Positions 22,577 through 35,715 of a stretch of DNA of 64,000 nt are shown one piece after another (the first letter of the stretch is position 1; every line of letters begins with the position of its first letter). The notes under the pieces are model-generated. The model worked only from the letters and a program-made list of their open reading frames with translations. It searched no databases and was not told the origin of the DNA. The DNA comes from Laetmonice hystrix (Eukaryota): positions 8,246,001-8,310,000 of the forward strand of contig OZ249438.1 in the NCBI GenBank assembly GCA_965235115.1, in the 5' to 3' direction. A program made the position numbers and the translations under genes.

Positions 22577-24251
22577 GCCAGTGAGTCCCGTACAGAGCGC
22601 ACCCCCCCCCCCTCTCCACCGTCACCCGGGGCAGACCGACAGCCAGCCCGACCGTCCAACATCCAGCAAACGCTAAGCCAGCGGCCCGTCCAACCCAAAC
22701 CTCGCACACTCTCACTCAGCTCGGGAGCGGTCGGCGGCCCGATCGAGATGCTGCTCTGGCAGTACGGCTAGCAGTTGGTCGGCGTACACTACACCAAGTC
22801 CCCGGCTCCAGCGTAACTCAATCACCCATCGACGGGACCATGCCACCACCGTCCACCTCGGAATCTAAACGATCGTGACGTCTGCAGGGCAAACCTTGCC
22901 CCAACCGTCGGACCCCCAAAGCTTGCTATAATACGGACATAATTATACTGTTATTACTACTACATCAAGGTATTACTTAAGCTGCTGGATTACTAGCCGA
23001 CCCGAAGTTTTCACCACGCTGGTAGGCCTGCTACGACCAAGCATTGGCCCTGACTTTGACCGGCAGGCACCGTGGGGGCCGAAGTATATATCTCTTGGTT
23101 GCAAGGCGGGTCCGTACATTCTAACGGATATTCAGAGCTCTGCTGAACTTGCTGGCGGCCCACAAGTTGAGCTTAGGAGCCGAGGAGCTAAGGATAGGAT
23201 GTGGCGGACGGCCTATTGATAGGCGAGTGCATGGTTTTGCAGCGTGGCGCGGCTAGTGGAATATTGGCATCGGGAGGATATTGCCAAGGAGTCGTAGCAT
23301 CAGTAGGCCAAGGAGCGAGCAGTGGTGTTGGGAGAGTCGGGAAAGGTGGGCGAAGCAGGGGAGGGAAGGCTGCTTGCTGGTCGAATCTAGCTACGTACCG
23401 ACTGCAGCAACAGCAGCAGCAGCAACTGCCAGCGAGCGAGGCAACCAGAGAATCCAACCCGCCCTGAGGATTTCCAACCCGGACTCCGTGGTGGATGTAC
23501 TTGGCACCGTATAGATTTCTCGGCATCGGACTATCTGGGTAGGCTTGACAGATCGTCGTGTGTGTGTGTATGCATGTGCTGAGCGACACGGACAGACCGT
23601 GTGTGCCAAACTGGCGCGTGTGAGTCGCGTGCCTTGTGTCCTGGTGATGGTTCAACATGTCCTATTGTAACTCCTCCCGCCAATTATTGGCATATGTTGC
23701 TTGCACATAGACAGCCACAATCATTTCTACTAATGTTGGGGTTTCACAAATTGGCATCATACTCTTAATTTAACATGGATCTGTAGCGATTATGGCTCTG
23801 TGAGTGTGAGGGTTGCCTGGCGTCACATTGGAGCGCGTGGTCGGAAGTGTCGAAGCTTGCTGGCGGCAACACGCGCTCAGGTCCAATATTGCAAAATGGC
23901 TAACGACCTTACCGTATGGGTGGGGCTTTCACAACCAACACTTGACGGCTTTCTCCACAGTCAATATCTAAGGTACAATACACGTTGGTTTGATATGTAT
24001 CTGAATGATATAGCCGTACCATTTATATCAGCCTATATTAATTATACATAGTGCATATTTAGGGCGGTTTCAGTTTACGGGTTGACTGCGCAAGAAGTGA
24101 GTGCATTATGGTTTGCTATCGTACATAATATTATTGCATTCATGTGCAGACACTAGCGTTCGACGTCATTTGGGTATTTATTTAGGACATCTAGGAGGAC
24201 TAGCCCAGTGAAAGGCAAGTCATTCGCTCAGATCTTCTATGTATACGTAGT

Positions 24252-24292
<41 letters not shown>

Positions 24293-24360
24293 CCAGCAGC
24301 AGCAGCCGCCGCCGCCTCGTGGGGCCTGTATAGCTGTGCAGCTTACACCCGTCCCATTAG
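22380..24360 (+). promoter_or_regulatory. GC/CpG-rich upstream region of NCX with probable non-coding first exon(s) and three CAG tracts
   Basis: CAG tracts at 22548-22577, 23405-23425 and 24255-24305. Donor-like AAG|GTATTA near 22970, TGG|GTAGGC near 23540 and TAG|GTATGA at 24361. The next strong acceptor is at 25321. Confidence 0.45.
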
Positions 24361-25370
24361 GTATGAGCATGTATCGCCTCTGTGCCATTGACATGGACAG
24401 AACTCACCCCAGCGTATAGAGAATATAGCACGACTAACGAAGTGTAGAAAACGAGTTTTTGCTATCTGACCTTCAAACCTCATGAGTCAGAGCATTCGTC
24501 AAACCAATGTTTGAGTACTGTTATTGCTCCACTCATTCCATTTTAATGCTTCCGTGCTATTTCCAAATGGACGCAAGGTACCCCTAGACCGGTCGGACTG
24601 GTGGGCTGCTATTTTCGGCTCCCCAAGGCCGTCCCCATCCGGCTGAGCTGCACTCAAAGCACAGATTGTCCCAGGTTGCGGATCTAGTAGGGGGTAGGGG
24701 TGGAAGCCAAGGGTGCACAAATCCACCCCTAGACCCTGATAATCTAGGCGCCCCAGACTGAACATGAATGACTACACCTTCTAACCCGTTAGCCTAATGC
24801 CGTGGGTGTTATGTGAATGTGCTACCATGAGTCTGGTTTTGCATTTCGTTGTTTTACGGACGGTCCCCTGCCTAACTTCGGCAAAACGAAACAGATAACC
24901 AAACCATAATGAGTACATAGAAAAACGTTTGCTACTTTTGTTTCCAGACCATAGCAGGCATAGCAAACATTTGCTAATTTGGTTTGCAGAGCAGGCTAGT
25001 TGTGTGGGGCCTATTTTGGCTGATGGAAAAGGTGTTACCCATGCTACGTTATCCAATGCTGGGAACTTTGAAACGTTGGACAAGTGTGGCTGAGCAACTT
25101 AATTTTCTCGGGTATTGTCACATACTTCCTCCTTTCAATTGGTCCGTCAGTGTTAGCGTCATTTATAAGAGATTTAAGCCTAACACTGCCAACCCTGCCT
25201 GTACAACGTTAGGCCCTTTAACTTAAAGTTATCCGGTAGTAATGCCATCCTTTTGGATAGTCATGCCTTTATTGACCTGTTCTCTCTAATCACTTTCTCA
25301 TTTTCATATTTCATCTTGCAGTGCCTAGCTTGGGATCGTGGTTTGATGACCAGATAGCAGAGCCAGCAGT

Positions 25371-27166
25371 ATGGCAGCGGGATCCATGAGGTGTCAGTTA
25401 GGCCGGCCTGGATCAGTCAGTTTGCTGACCGGCCTCTTGTTGATAGCGCTGCTCCAGGCCTACAATGGGTTGGCGAGGGCGGAAGAAGCGGCGGCTCCGG
25501 CCGAGGTGGCCAAGGAGGAGGACGAGGAAGTGCTAGTGGGCGATAAGAACTGTACAGCGTTAGCGTCACAATGCAAATCGGGATACATGCTACCAATGTG
25601 GACCCCTCAGGGCAACCTGAGTGTTGGCGACAAAGCAGCGCGTGCCACTGTCTATTTTGCTGCGATGGTGTTCATGTTTTTAGGTGTTTCCATCATTGCG
25701 GATCGTTTCATGGCAGCTATAGAAGTGATCACATCCAAAGAACGAGAAGTGACTATTAAAAAACCGAATGGTGAAACGGCCGTTGTGAGTGTCAGAATAT
25801 GGAATGAAACAGTGTCCAACTTAACCCTCATGGCTCTGGGTTCGTCGGCTCCAGAAATCTTGTTGTCTGTTATTGAGATCATTGGTAATAAATTCGAGGC
25901 GGGAGACTTGGGGCCCAGTACGATCGTAGGTAGTGCAGCCTTCAACCTTTTCATCATCATTGGTTTATGCATCTACGTCATCCCCGATGGCGAAGTGCGA
26001 AGAATTAAACATCTGCGAGTGTTCTTCATCACCGCAAGTTGGAGTATATTCGCCTACCTATGGATGTACTTGATTATCTCCGTCTTCTCACCCGGAGAGG
26101 TCGAGGTTTGGGAAGGTATTCTAACCTTCTTCTTCTTCCCTGCCACAGTCATCACGGCATACATCGCTGATCGCAAGATCTTCTTCGGCAACTTTCTGTC
26201 TAAGCGCTATAGAGCAAGCAAGCACAAATCTGTCGTGATCACAGAGGGCGATATGGAACTCGGGGAGAAAAATCACGTCGGCGATGATGTCATCTTCAAG
26301 GGACTCGACTCAGAGGACGTAGAAATCCGAGAGTTTGAGCGTCACCGGAAAGACTTCATCGAGATCTTGCGTGACTTGAGAAAGAAACACCCGAACGTCG
26401 ACATGCGCACTCTGGAAGAAATGGCGGAGTTGGAAGCGATGAATCGTGGTCCCAAAAGTCGTGCTTTCTATCGCATTCAGGCAACGAGAAAGTTAACCGG
26501 AGGGGGGGCAGTCATCAAGAAGTCTAAAATCGAACGGAAATCAAGCCTGCAGGATGTTAAGGTCGACCTGCCAGAGGACGATAGCATTACGCGGATCTTC
26601 TTCGAACCTGGACACTACACGGTCATGGAGAACGTGGGAACCTTTGCCCTGACCGTCTCAAGGGTCGGCGGAAACTTAGAGAACACAGTTTACGTAGACT
26701 ACAGGACCGAGGATGGCACCGCGAATGCCGGCTCTGACTACGAATATGCGGAAGGAACCTTGGTATTCCACCCGTCGGAGCAACACAAACAATTCTCGAT
26801 CACCATCATCGACGACGACATCTTCGAGGAAGATGAGCACTTCTACGTGCGCCTCTCAAACATCAGGGTCGGTGACGCCGACGGCATGTTCACCAGCAGC
26901 TCACAGGAGTCGAAGGCGCAGCTCGCCAACCCTTCCATGGCCACCGTCATGATTCTGGATGATGATCACGCCGGTATTTTCCACTTTGAGCAGACGGAGC
27001 TGTCGCTATCCGAATCTGTGGGAGAGGCAGCTGTCAAAGTTTGCCGTTCATCGGGAGCTCGTGGCCAGGTGAAGCTACCCTATCGCACAGTGGAAGGCTC
27101 AGCTAAAGGGGGCAAGGATTACGAGGACTCCGTCGGGGAACTGGTCTTCGAGAACGACCAAACTGA
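25371..27166 (+). CDS. SLC8A: Na+/Ca2+ exchanger (NCX, SLC8 family), giant first coding exon; gene incomplete in this window
   Basis: Signal peptide; alpha-1 repeat [16 protein letters not shown] and [14 protein letters not shown]; XIP-like basic segment; Calx-beta CBD1 ([21 protein letters not shown]) and the start of CBD2. Exon 25322-27166 is bounded by TTTCATCTTGCAG| and GA|GTGAGT (phase 2); the ORF-track stop at 27170 is intronic. Confidence 0.97.
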
Positions 27167-29144
27167 GTGAGTACAACCTGTTTCACATTCCGGGTTTCTC
27201 AGGATTCAAGTACCAGAGTATATACATCGACACTGGAATAGAAACTTTAGCCTCACTGAGTAAAATAGTTGCAAAGACTCATAGTTTTATAGTGAGCAAA
27301 GTTTGAAAAGGGTCAAATCATCAAAGTAGTTTTGATGCTGGAACAGTGCTAAAGAGCAGGCTTCGTATGGGTGGCTGAGGTCATGAAAAGTCGTGGCATT
27401 TCACGTCGACGAAATGCCAGCCTGGAAATAATGAAAAACAAATACTTGGAAATAGGCTTGGCCATCTTGAAGCTGATTTGAAACATATTTATGACCATTC
27501 TAACTCATGACAACATATCGACTCCACAACGTCTTGATGACCTTACTGGTAGTTCACGGGAAAGGTTCTTTTACATGACTCAGCAGTATACTTACCCTAT
27601 AGTACGGTGTCGTCAACCATCTGGAAAGAAAAAGTTGAGTCTTTGGTTTCAGAGTTAGCTAAAAATTTGGCTTTGTCAGCGTATATATTGGGTCATAAAA
27701 AGCTTAGCTCATTAACAGACACAGAGCAAGATCAGGCGTAAAGAAGGCCAGACATACAGTAACTGTTTACATTCTAAACCTATCACGTGTACGTAGTGGG
27801 TACAAGTTGTATGACCGCTTTCCTAGAAAGCTAAAAAACCGAGTCAAATTTTTCCTGTGGCATATTTTCTCAATCAGCTAGTTTCGTCTGCGAAAGTGGA
27901 GGTTGTTAGTATCAGTTCATCCCGTTACATTGATAGGGATCTACCAAAATACAAAATACATGCGCTTTACTTAATCAGTTAGCTCAGATAATACAGCAGT
28001 CATAAATTGTTTGTTTCTCTGGTTTACAGTCAAAGTGCTCATTATGACAAGAAAACTAATATTAGCGTGACAAGTCAGTGTAGGTGACGCAACGGAATGT
28101 TGCCGTAATTTCTCTGGTTGGTTCATTGCTATGAAGTTTTCGGAATGTTCGACCAGTGCGCACTGCCAAACTTTGCTGTTGTGAGTTTTAGAAAAAATGC
28201 GAATTACACTAATTGCTGTGAACATGGTCCTCCCCGTGTTCTCAGTCCCTCTGAATGACTCCATGAACCATGCCACAGTGGTACCAACCACACAAGTTTC
28301 CTTTGATCCATAACTTGACCCAAGCAAAGTTTTCAATCACAACATTCGTATTTGTACCCATATATCACATAATGATGAGGGAGCAGTCGTTATTATCCTT
28401 TTCATGTTGACAGTTTTAGAGTTAATGGAGCATGTATTGATTTCCTTATTGATTCCATTTACAATATTGTCCTTCCCTAACCCCTGTCCTGACGCTCAGA
28501 TCTATACTGTCAGTCGACCTCTATTGACCTTTGCTAGACAGATGATTTACAAGTTTCTTGAGTGCTACCCACATGTAGAAGTTGTAGGTGGGAGGTGGGA
28601 GGGGGTCAACCCCCTGTCAGTAAGGAACCAAGTGTTCTCAATCGATCCGAACTAGTAAATATAAACAATCACTGCTGTGGGTGGTATTCTCTCCTGTTTG
28701 ACAGGTTTGTAAACTAACCTCCTGTAGAAATATGATTGTCCAAGGAAGTTTCAAAAACATTGGAGCTGGGATTGCATGACACGTAGATCTTTTTGGGGAG
28801 GTTAGTTGATTGATGCAATGTTCTACTATCTTTAAGGTCATACCATTTCATGTGCTAGTTGATAACCGAACGGTGGGACGGTTACTTACTGTACGTGGGT
28901 ACTCTCTTCATCTTCCACGGATGAGGTCTCAAATAGAGAACTACACATGGCTGGTCATGCTCGGAACTTGTCAGTGGGGATATGTCGGGGTAAAACTTTT
29001 ACATGGCGATGGGCAGTGTTTGTCCTGATGACTACACGTGTGCTGACCAGCTGTCGAGCAGATGGCATACATGTATATTAGTGGGGGTCTATTCATATAG
29101 CCCTGATAGCCGATCCTAACCAAACAGGAGAAATGGATGTCCAG

Positions 29145-29494
29145 CTGGCGACCAACTCGCCTGGTTTGGTGTGGTGGTGGTGGTGTGGTGGAAACTGGCG
29201 ACCAACTCGCCTGGTTTGGTGTGGTGGTGGTGGTGTGGTGGAAACTGGCGACCAACTCGCCTGGTTTGGTGTGGTGGTGGTGGTGTGGTGGAAACTGGCG
29301 ACCAACTCGCCTGGTTTGGTGTGGTGGTGGTGGTGTGGTGAAAACTGGCGACCAACTCGCCTGGTTTGGTGTGGTGGTGGTGGTGTGGTGTAAACTGGCG
29401 ACCAACTCGCCTGGTTTGGTGTGGTGGTGGTGGTGTGGTGAAAACTGGCGACCAACTCGCCTGGTTTGGTGTGGTGGTGGTGGTATGGTGGAAA
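29145..29494. repeat. Minisatellite, 50-bp GT-rich unit x 7
   Basis: Unit GGCGACCAACTCGCCTGGTTTGGTGTGGTGGTGGTGGTGTGGTGGAAACT; starts at 29147 and every 50 nt after. Confidence 0.97.
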
Positions 29495-32400
29495 CGAAAA
29501 AAAACCCCACCCCTCTGATCCCCGGATCATGCGTTTTGTCATGATTACTGGATATAAAGTTAAAGGAATAAAAAACGGAGTTTAAGGGAGTTAAGGGAGT
29601 CCTTCTTTGGGGTTGAGCTTTACGGAAAGGTTTACAGAGCCGTCCATTCAAGTGTACAGTGTGATGAAGATAGGTTTATTTAGGACCTCCATTGAGTACT
29701 TCTAGTTCTCTCATGTTAAACGATGCATGGCATGATTCGTACGGTTAGGGTAGGACTATAATGTGATGGGTGGTAGATCTGTTAATTACTTAATGCGTTT
29801 CAGGTATCGACCTGCCCAAGGAAGGGATTCATGCGTGAACTTGTAAGCGGCCACCTTTTGACAAAAAGGTCAATCAAATTATGTTGGCTAGGATTCATGT
29901 TTACACAGCATGCTGTCAGGGTTGGCAGCTTGAACGTGTTTCAGTGCTGGATGGGACATAACATGGGGCGAGGTCTTGATGTAATGGTTTAGAAATTACC
30001 TTTCTGTGTGATCATATATTTACATCCGAGTTTGGGGGAGGTGATCCTTGCAAACAAAATACATGTATCACACAACAGGCACGTGTCCAACATTTTCAGC
30101 AGGGGAGGGGTCAGAAAATCTTTAAAAATTATGAGGCGCGATTTCCCGCCATTTAGGGGGCATTTTAGGGCATTATATTTTTGTGGATTCATCGCTCAAC
30201 GGGTTCAAAACGGCGGGAATGCTTCGAACGTGCTATCTATGCTCTGGGGGGAGTGAGGGGGTCTGGACTCTCTGGACCCCCCCCCCCCCACGACACAAGA
30301 AACAACAAAAAAAACTGGGGAAAAGTTAGAGACGGTGCATACAGGAAACGGATTGGCCTATATTGGTATCTCTGCATGACATCCGTTATGGCCTGTCTTG
30401 TTTTCCATTCGTTCATCAAATGGTCTGTCTGTTTCCCGTAACATGCTGGAGTGTGGTCACACTATTAATTTTCGTACATTGCATTAAATGGTCTGCCTTG
30501 ATTACCGTCCATTACAACAAGCTGGCTTTATTTTCTGTAAATGAAATGGATGCCCATTTCGCATGTGTGCATCGAATGGCTTATCGTCTTTTGCAGCACA
30601 ATAATAGTTCAGTTAAAGTAGTGTTTGGTACCCCCAGTTCCATCTTGTAATGGTTCCTCTAGCCGCTACGATTATACATGTACTTTCTGTCGGTCTATTC
30701 TGGCAACCTTCGGCGGTTTCTCTTCGGCAATGTTCGGCGGTTTCCGGCGATTGAGAAACACCTCTGGTACATTAGCTTCACCCCCTAATCAGGGAAAAAC
30801 GAAGGGGCGCGGATTCTGCAGGCAGTGAACAGTCTACAATATAGTCCACTAGGGAATTTAAAATTTTCGCCAACGAATTCCTATGTTACATCGATTATGA
30901 ATTGTGGTTCTTATGTACAGCATCTACCAGCAAGATTTGATAATGTTCAGGTATTGGAATGGCATTAATACGCTCTATTATGTTTGAAGCCATCTGGCAA
31001 TCTTCGGCAGGTGCTCGTTGGCAATTTCCGTCACCAGAATTTCCGACAGCGGTCGCCAAACTGCAATAGACAGTGACTGGTCTCTTGCCTAACAGACGCG
31101 TCCCCTATGTTAGGACAGGCATTGGGTAATTTCACTTGTCAGAAATCCGACAAGCGGAAGGAAGTTGCTCAAACTTCCACAGCAGAAAACTTCCGCTTCC
31201 ATTGCGTTGGTCAGCGTCACCTGGGAGTGATCGATCTCTGGTCGGAGAGTGGGCAACATGGCCATGCGTGATGCAGGCCGTATAGCCTGGTGTAAGGGCC
31301 CATGACACTATATCTACACCTAGAAACGCGAGAACATGTAACATTTGTATTGTAAAAAGACTGACGAAAATATCTGTATCTTCTTGGAGAAATCCGGAGG
31401 ATATGGATCTACCATCGACGTTTGTGTCCATGTTTTTGATGAGCCAATCACAGCGCGCACTTCGATTAGTCTTCGCCAGTCTCTACATCAATAGAGCTGG
31501 GGACCAGTCTACAAACTAAAAAGAAAGACTAGTGAGCCACAATCCACCAGAGGTAATTTTATCGCCGCTTGGGGGCCAGAGTGGTCTATCTCTTCAGATG
31601 TTGCATCTTTATGGTCCTTCTATTTCAGCTGCCCCAAACCTTTGTAAAGTTTATGAGACCTTTAAAGACTGCACTCTGTGTCCTAGTGATATTTCTGGTG
31701 TGCTCTCATTTTCAGTTACCCCAAGTTGTTTTCCCAGATAGAGTTGTGGTCTAAAGTTACTCGTTCTCTTGATTCATTTTCCGCTATCCGCTGTTTTTGC
31801 AAACATCGACCTGCCACGAATACCGTGTTGGGTTCCTGGTAGTTGACCGGTCTGCCGATAGAGGTCACTGTTTAAGCTGGTCCTCAAGGTGAGTCGGCCG
31901 AGGAGTGGCAGATATTGCTCATCCGATCCGGGGAGCAAGGTGGACATGATAAATAAATGCCACCTCGGTCTTGGTTTGGTCTATGTGGTGGCTTGTTGTT
32001 GGAGGGTACGTGTTGACTGGGCGGTCGGTCGCCCCTGGGTACTTTCTTCATGTTAAGATATCCACGAAATCATCAAGGTAAGCGGTTAGCAGTGGAACTA
32101 CGTGGACATGGATACATTTTATATGGGGGAGGTCTAGGGACCGGGTTTCACGGGTTAGTGTTAACTTCAGGGCTAGGACTATTGAAAGATTTCGACTTAA
32201 TCTCCCCAAGGTTTGGTGGAGAAGTTTCCATAGGTGATGTATCCACTGGGCTGCCTGTAGCCGCCCAGCTCGCCGCCCGTGCCCCTCCAGCCTCGCCCTA
32301 TTTTAAGAAAGCGTCATCTTACCTTGGCCCCAGGAAGAGGATGCACTGGTACCCAGATCCAGCGGCAGCTCCCTTGACCATGTGTATGCCGACTGGAATC

Positions 32401-35116
32401 CTCAGTGGTAAGCTCGACGTTGATCTAGGGAAGCTCCACCGGGAATTTGGGCTCTCTAAGATTAACTGAACATGAGCACGTGCTGGACGGCCTTTATGGG
32501 TTCCATTAAGGAGTAATGATATAGCATCCACTGATGAAAAAGAAAACCAAAGTTTTTTCGCAGCTTCTTTCAGTTTTACCCCCGACCTTCTTTATTATTA
32601 CATAGGTATCGTAAGTCACCTTTTGTTTTTGGACGCATTCCTCTTCAAAGGTCACAAACTGTCAGTGATTGTGTATTAAATATTAACAGATGTGTTGGCC
32701 AGTGCTGATGCTATCTTCATGAGTGCTTTATTAGAACGATTCAGGTGCACAGTTTTCTGCAGTGAGTTTCTTATTGAGGTGGGGCGGATGTGGGGGTGGT
32801 TCTGAAGGAAGATGTTTGTTATTTTTGAAGTCGGGCAGAGTTTACTGGTGTACATGGCACCTGGCTCACGACTCTTGAGTCTGAAGTCGAATTCAGGAGA
32901 AGCTTTGGTTGAGAAGGCCCAGCCACAGGTTCTATTCATAATAACCTTCAATACAAGTTCATGCCCCCACCCCCATTCCCAACCCCACTTTAAAACGAAT
33001 TCACACCTAAATATACCCCATACCTTTTATTCTCATGCAATCGGTTTTAGGGCCAGAACAATTAGACCAACCGGTTGGAAACGCTGTCCTAAATATAAAA
33101 TATACGAGTGGATGATTATCGAGTCAGCCAGGCCAGGCGTTCCACCACCACCACCACCACCACCACTTAGTCCGTTTAGTTAGGGCACGGACGTCCTAAC
33201 AGTATTCGTCCAGTTATACTCCAGAGCTGGAGAGGGACCTATTTTTAACCCGGGAGTGCGCGGCCTGGGGTCCGCCAAGTCTGGCCCACATCAGCGCCGT
33301 CCCTCACCCGAGCCAGCGGCTCTGACGGCCCCAGGCTATTTGTCGTGGTGACAGTGTCCGAATCGACTGAGTACTTCCAGCGTCATTTGTTGTACTGTTA
33401 CTTACTAATGTGTAGAAATAACCCGTTTCAAACCCAAGTGGGTGTAGTGAAGTGTTTTGATGAACTGGATAAGGAGCCACTAGTCTCTATCTTATAAGAG
33501 TTTTCAACTCTTTGCTGGTTGCCCTTCCCTGTTCCTGGAGATGTCATGTCATGCTTCAATCGCCAAATCATAATGAAATAAAGCAGTGACAACAAAATCG
33601 CAAAGTCCCAAGAAAAATCGCCCTGGTGTATTCGCCTCCTTTTTGTGATAATTTCAGTAGTGGAAATCGTGTATTAGAATGTACTGATTTAGTGCAACAA
33701 GTGTAGTGAGTGACCTAATAATGCTAATAAATTTACTGACTTCATAATGATTTATGATAAAGAATTAGTTAGTGGTTTACAAATTCATGCTAGTACAATG
33801 GCGGGGATGTGAGTTGACTCTGAATAGCTTCATGGCCAACCAGTAATTTATGGAAAAAAATATTGAGCTAAACATCGAGGCCGAATGATTAGATCAGTCA
33901 GATGTGCTTATAATTTTAAATTCTTGCCTCATTTATATTCTATACTGACTGATACAATGAACGGGTGACTTGATTGTAGCGATAAACTCGTACTGTTTTA
34001 CTCTGGGGGTGCTGAACACCTGCTGGAGTAACATAATATATTCGCTGATGTCGTTTTGAAAGGTCGTATAATCGTAGGCTAGCCTACAGTGTGTCACAGG
34101 TTATTGGCTAGGTTCAGGCTCATACAGAGGATGACGGTTTCCCTCTAATTAGCAGAGACAGTCCGAATGCGTTGTCTATGAAAGACCATCATCGACACTT
34201 GTGAACACAACCTGTTAAAGAGGCACCGTATCGACGTTCCTCAACCGTTAACTTTTCCCAAAAGTCGAGGTGGCGCCCTCTAGTGACTACGAACATGTAT
34301 CGTTTTCATCGATTTCTGTGTATTGTTGAATATAGACCTTGCCTTGAAGTAGACCTTGACTGTGGTGAAAGTTACTAAAACTACAATGCTGGGGTGTTTC
34401 CTGCGGCAACATCCGTATAATATTTATAGTTCTCCAAGTATCCACTATGTGGTTCATGACGTTGGAAAGTCTATACATAGTCCCTTAAGGGCGACTTCTT
34501 AAAACAGCGATCCCATTCAGGACAAGGCTGGAGATGTTTCCCCCTCCAGGCGATACCTGATCCAATGAGAAGATAAGAGGATCCCTTGCCATCTCAGATC
34601 AGCTTTGTATAGATATTGTGGTAAACCGCTTTTGTGCAACGAACTACAAAAAAAGTTGCAGTTGTAGGCCTAGTACCTTAGATATCTGCATCTAAATGTA
34701 CCCTCAAGCCCAAAGTCTTTCTAAAAGGACAGCGGTTAAATATGAGGGGGAGGGGGTGGAGCGTTTATTGAACGTCACCGAGTAACAAGCAAGGCTCCAA
34801 CCAAAGATAAAGAGAGAAGAGAGAAATATTAACGATTATGGAGGCATGACAACTATTGATTCCAAGGCACCCCGTGTGGATTGAAATCTCATTGTTTATT
34901 AGAAAGTATGCACTTTGACTTTGTTCGACCCTTCTGAAAACCAACCAATCAGACAGTTTCCTGGGGAGGAAATGCCGAGACCATGAGCATGTATGTTACC
35001 ATGACGACGTGTCGATTTGTAATGGAAGCTTCTGTCTGTAAGTAGGTGCATCATTGTAATGGCACAGGAAATCAATCTGTTGTGCTTCGGGGAAAAATGC
35101 AGTCAGGTAGTAGAGA

Positions 35117-35715
35117 ATGCCGAGGTCTTGGCCAGCTCTCTGGGACTGCGATTAAAACTGGTCAGATACTAGTGGAGTATGCCGAGGTCTTGGCCAGGTC
35201 TCTAGGACTGCGATTAAAACTGGTCAGATACTAGTGGAGTATGCCGAGGTCTTGGCCAGGTCTCTGGGACTGCGATTAAAACTGGTCAGATACTAGTGGA
35301 GTATGCCGAGGAGTTGGCCAGGTCTCTGGGACTGCGATTAAAACTGGTCAGATACTAGTGGAGTATGCCGAGGTCTTGGCCAGCTCTCTGGGACTGCGAT
35401 TAAAACTGGTCAGATACTAGTGGAGTATGCCGAGGTCTTGGCCGGCTCTCTGGGACTGTGATTAAAACTGTCAGATCCTAGTGGAGTATGCCGAGGTCTT
35501 GGCCAGGTCTCTAGGACTGCGATTAAAACTGGTCAGATACTAGTGGAGTATGCCGAGGTCTTGGCCAGGTCTCTGGGACTGCGATTAAAACTGTCAGATC
35601 CTAGTGGAGTATGCCGAGGACTTGGCCAGAACTCTCTGGGACTGCGATTAAAACTGTCCGATCCTAGTGGAGTATGCGGAGTGGCCATTGCTATCTGGGA
35701 CTGCGATTAAAACTG
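35117..35715. repeat. Minisatellite, 62-bp unit x about 9.5
   Basis: Unit ATGCCGAGGTCTTGGCCAGGTCTCTGGGACTGCGATTAAAACTGGTCAGATACTAGTGGAGT. Confidence 0.97.

Noticed and set aside
27394-27419. Perfect 9-bp hairpin TGGCATTTC-N8-GAAATGCCA 230 nt after the NCX donor
   Set aside because: An isolated short stem with no partner or element context; one such hairpin is plausible by chance in 64 kb.
28971-29651. His/Thr/Pro-rich and Trp/Val/Gly-rich ORFs on both strands
   Set aside because: Artefacts of the 50-bp (TGG)-rich array.
31738-31888. Possible 151-nt exon (TTTTCCCAG| ... AAG|GTGAGT)
   Set aside because: It gives an immediate stop in NCX phase and has no coding signal; it cannot be distinguished from a pseudo-exon without RNA data.
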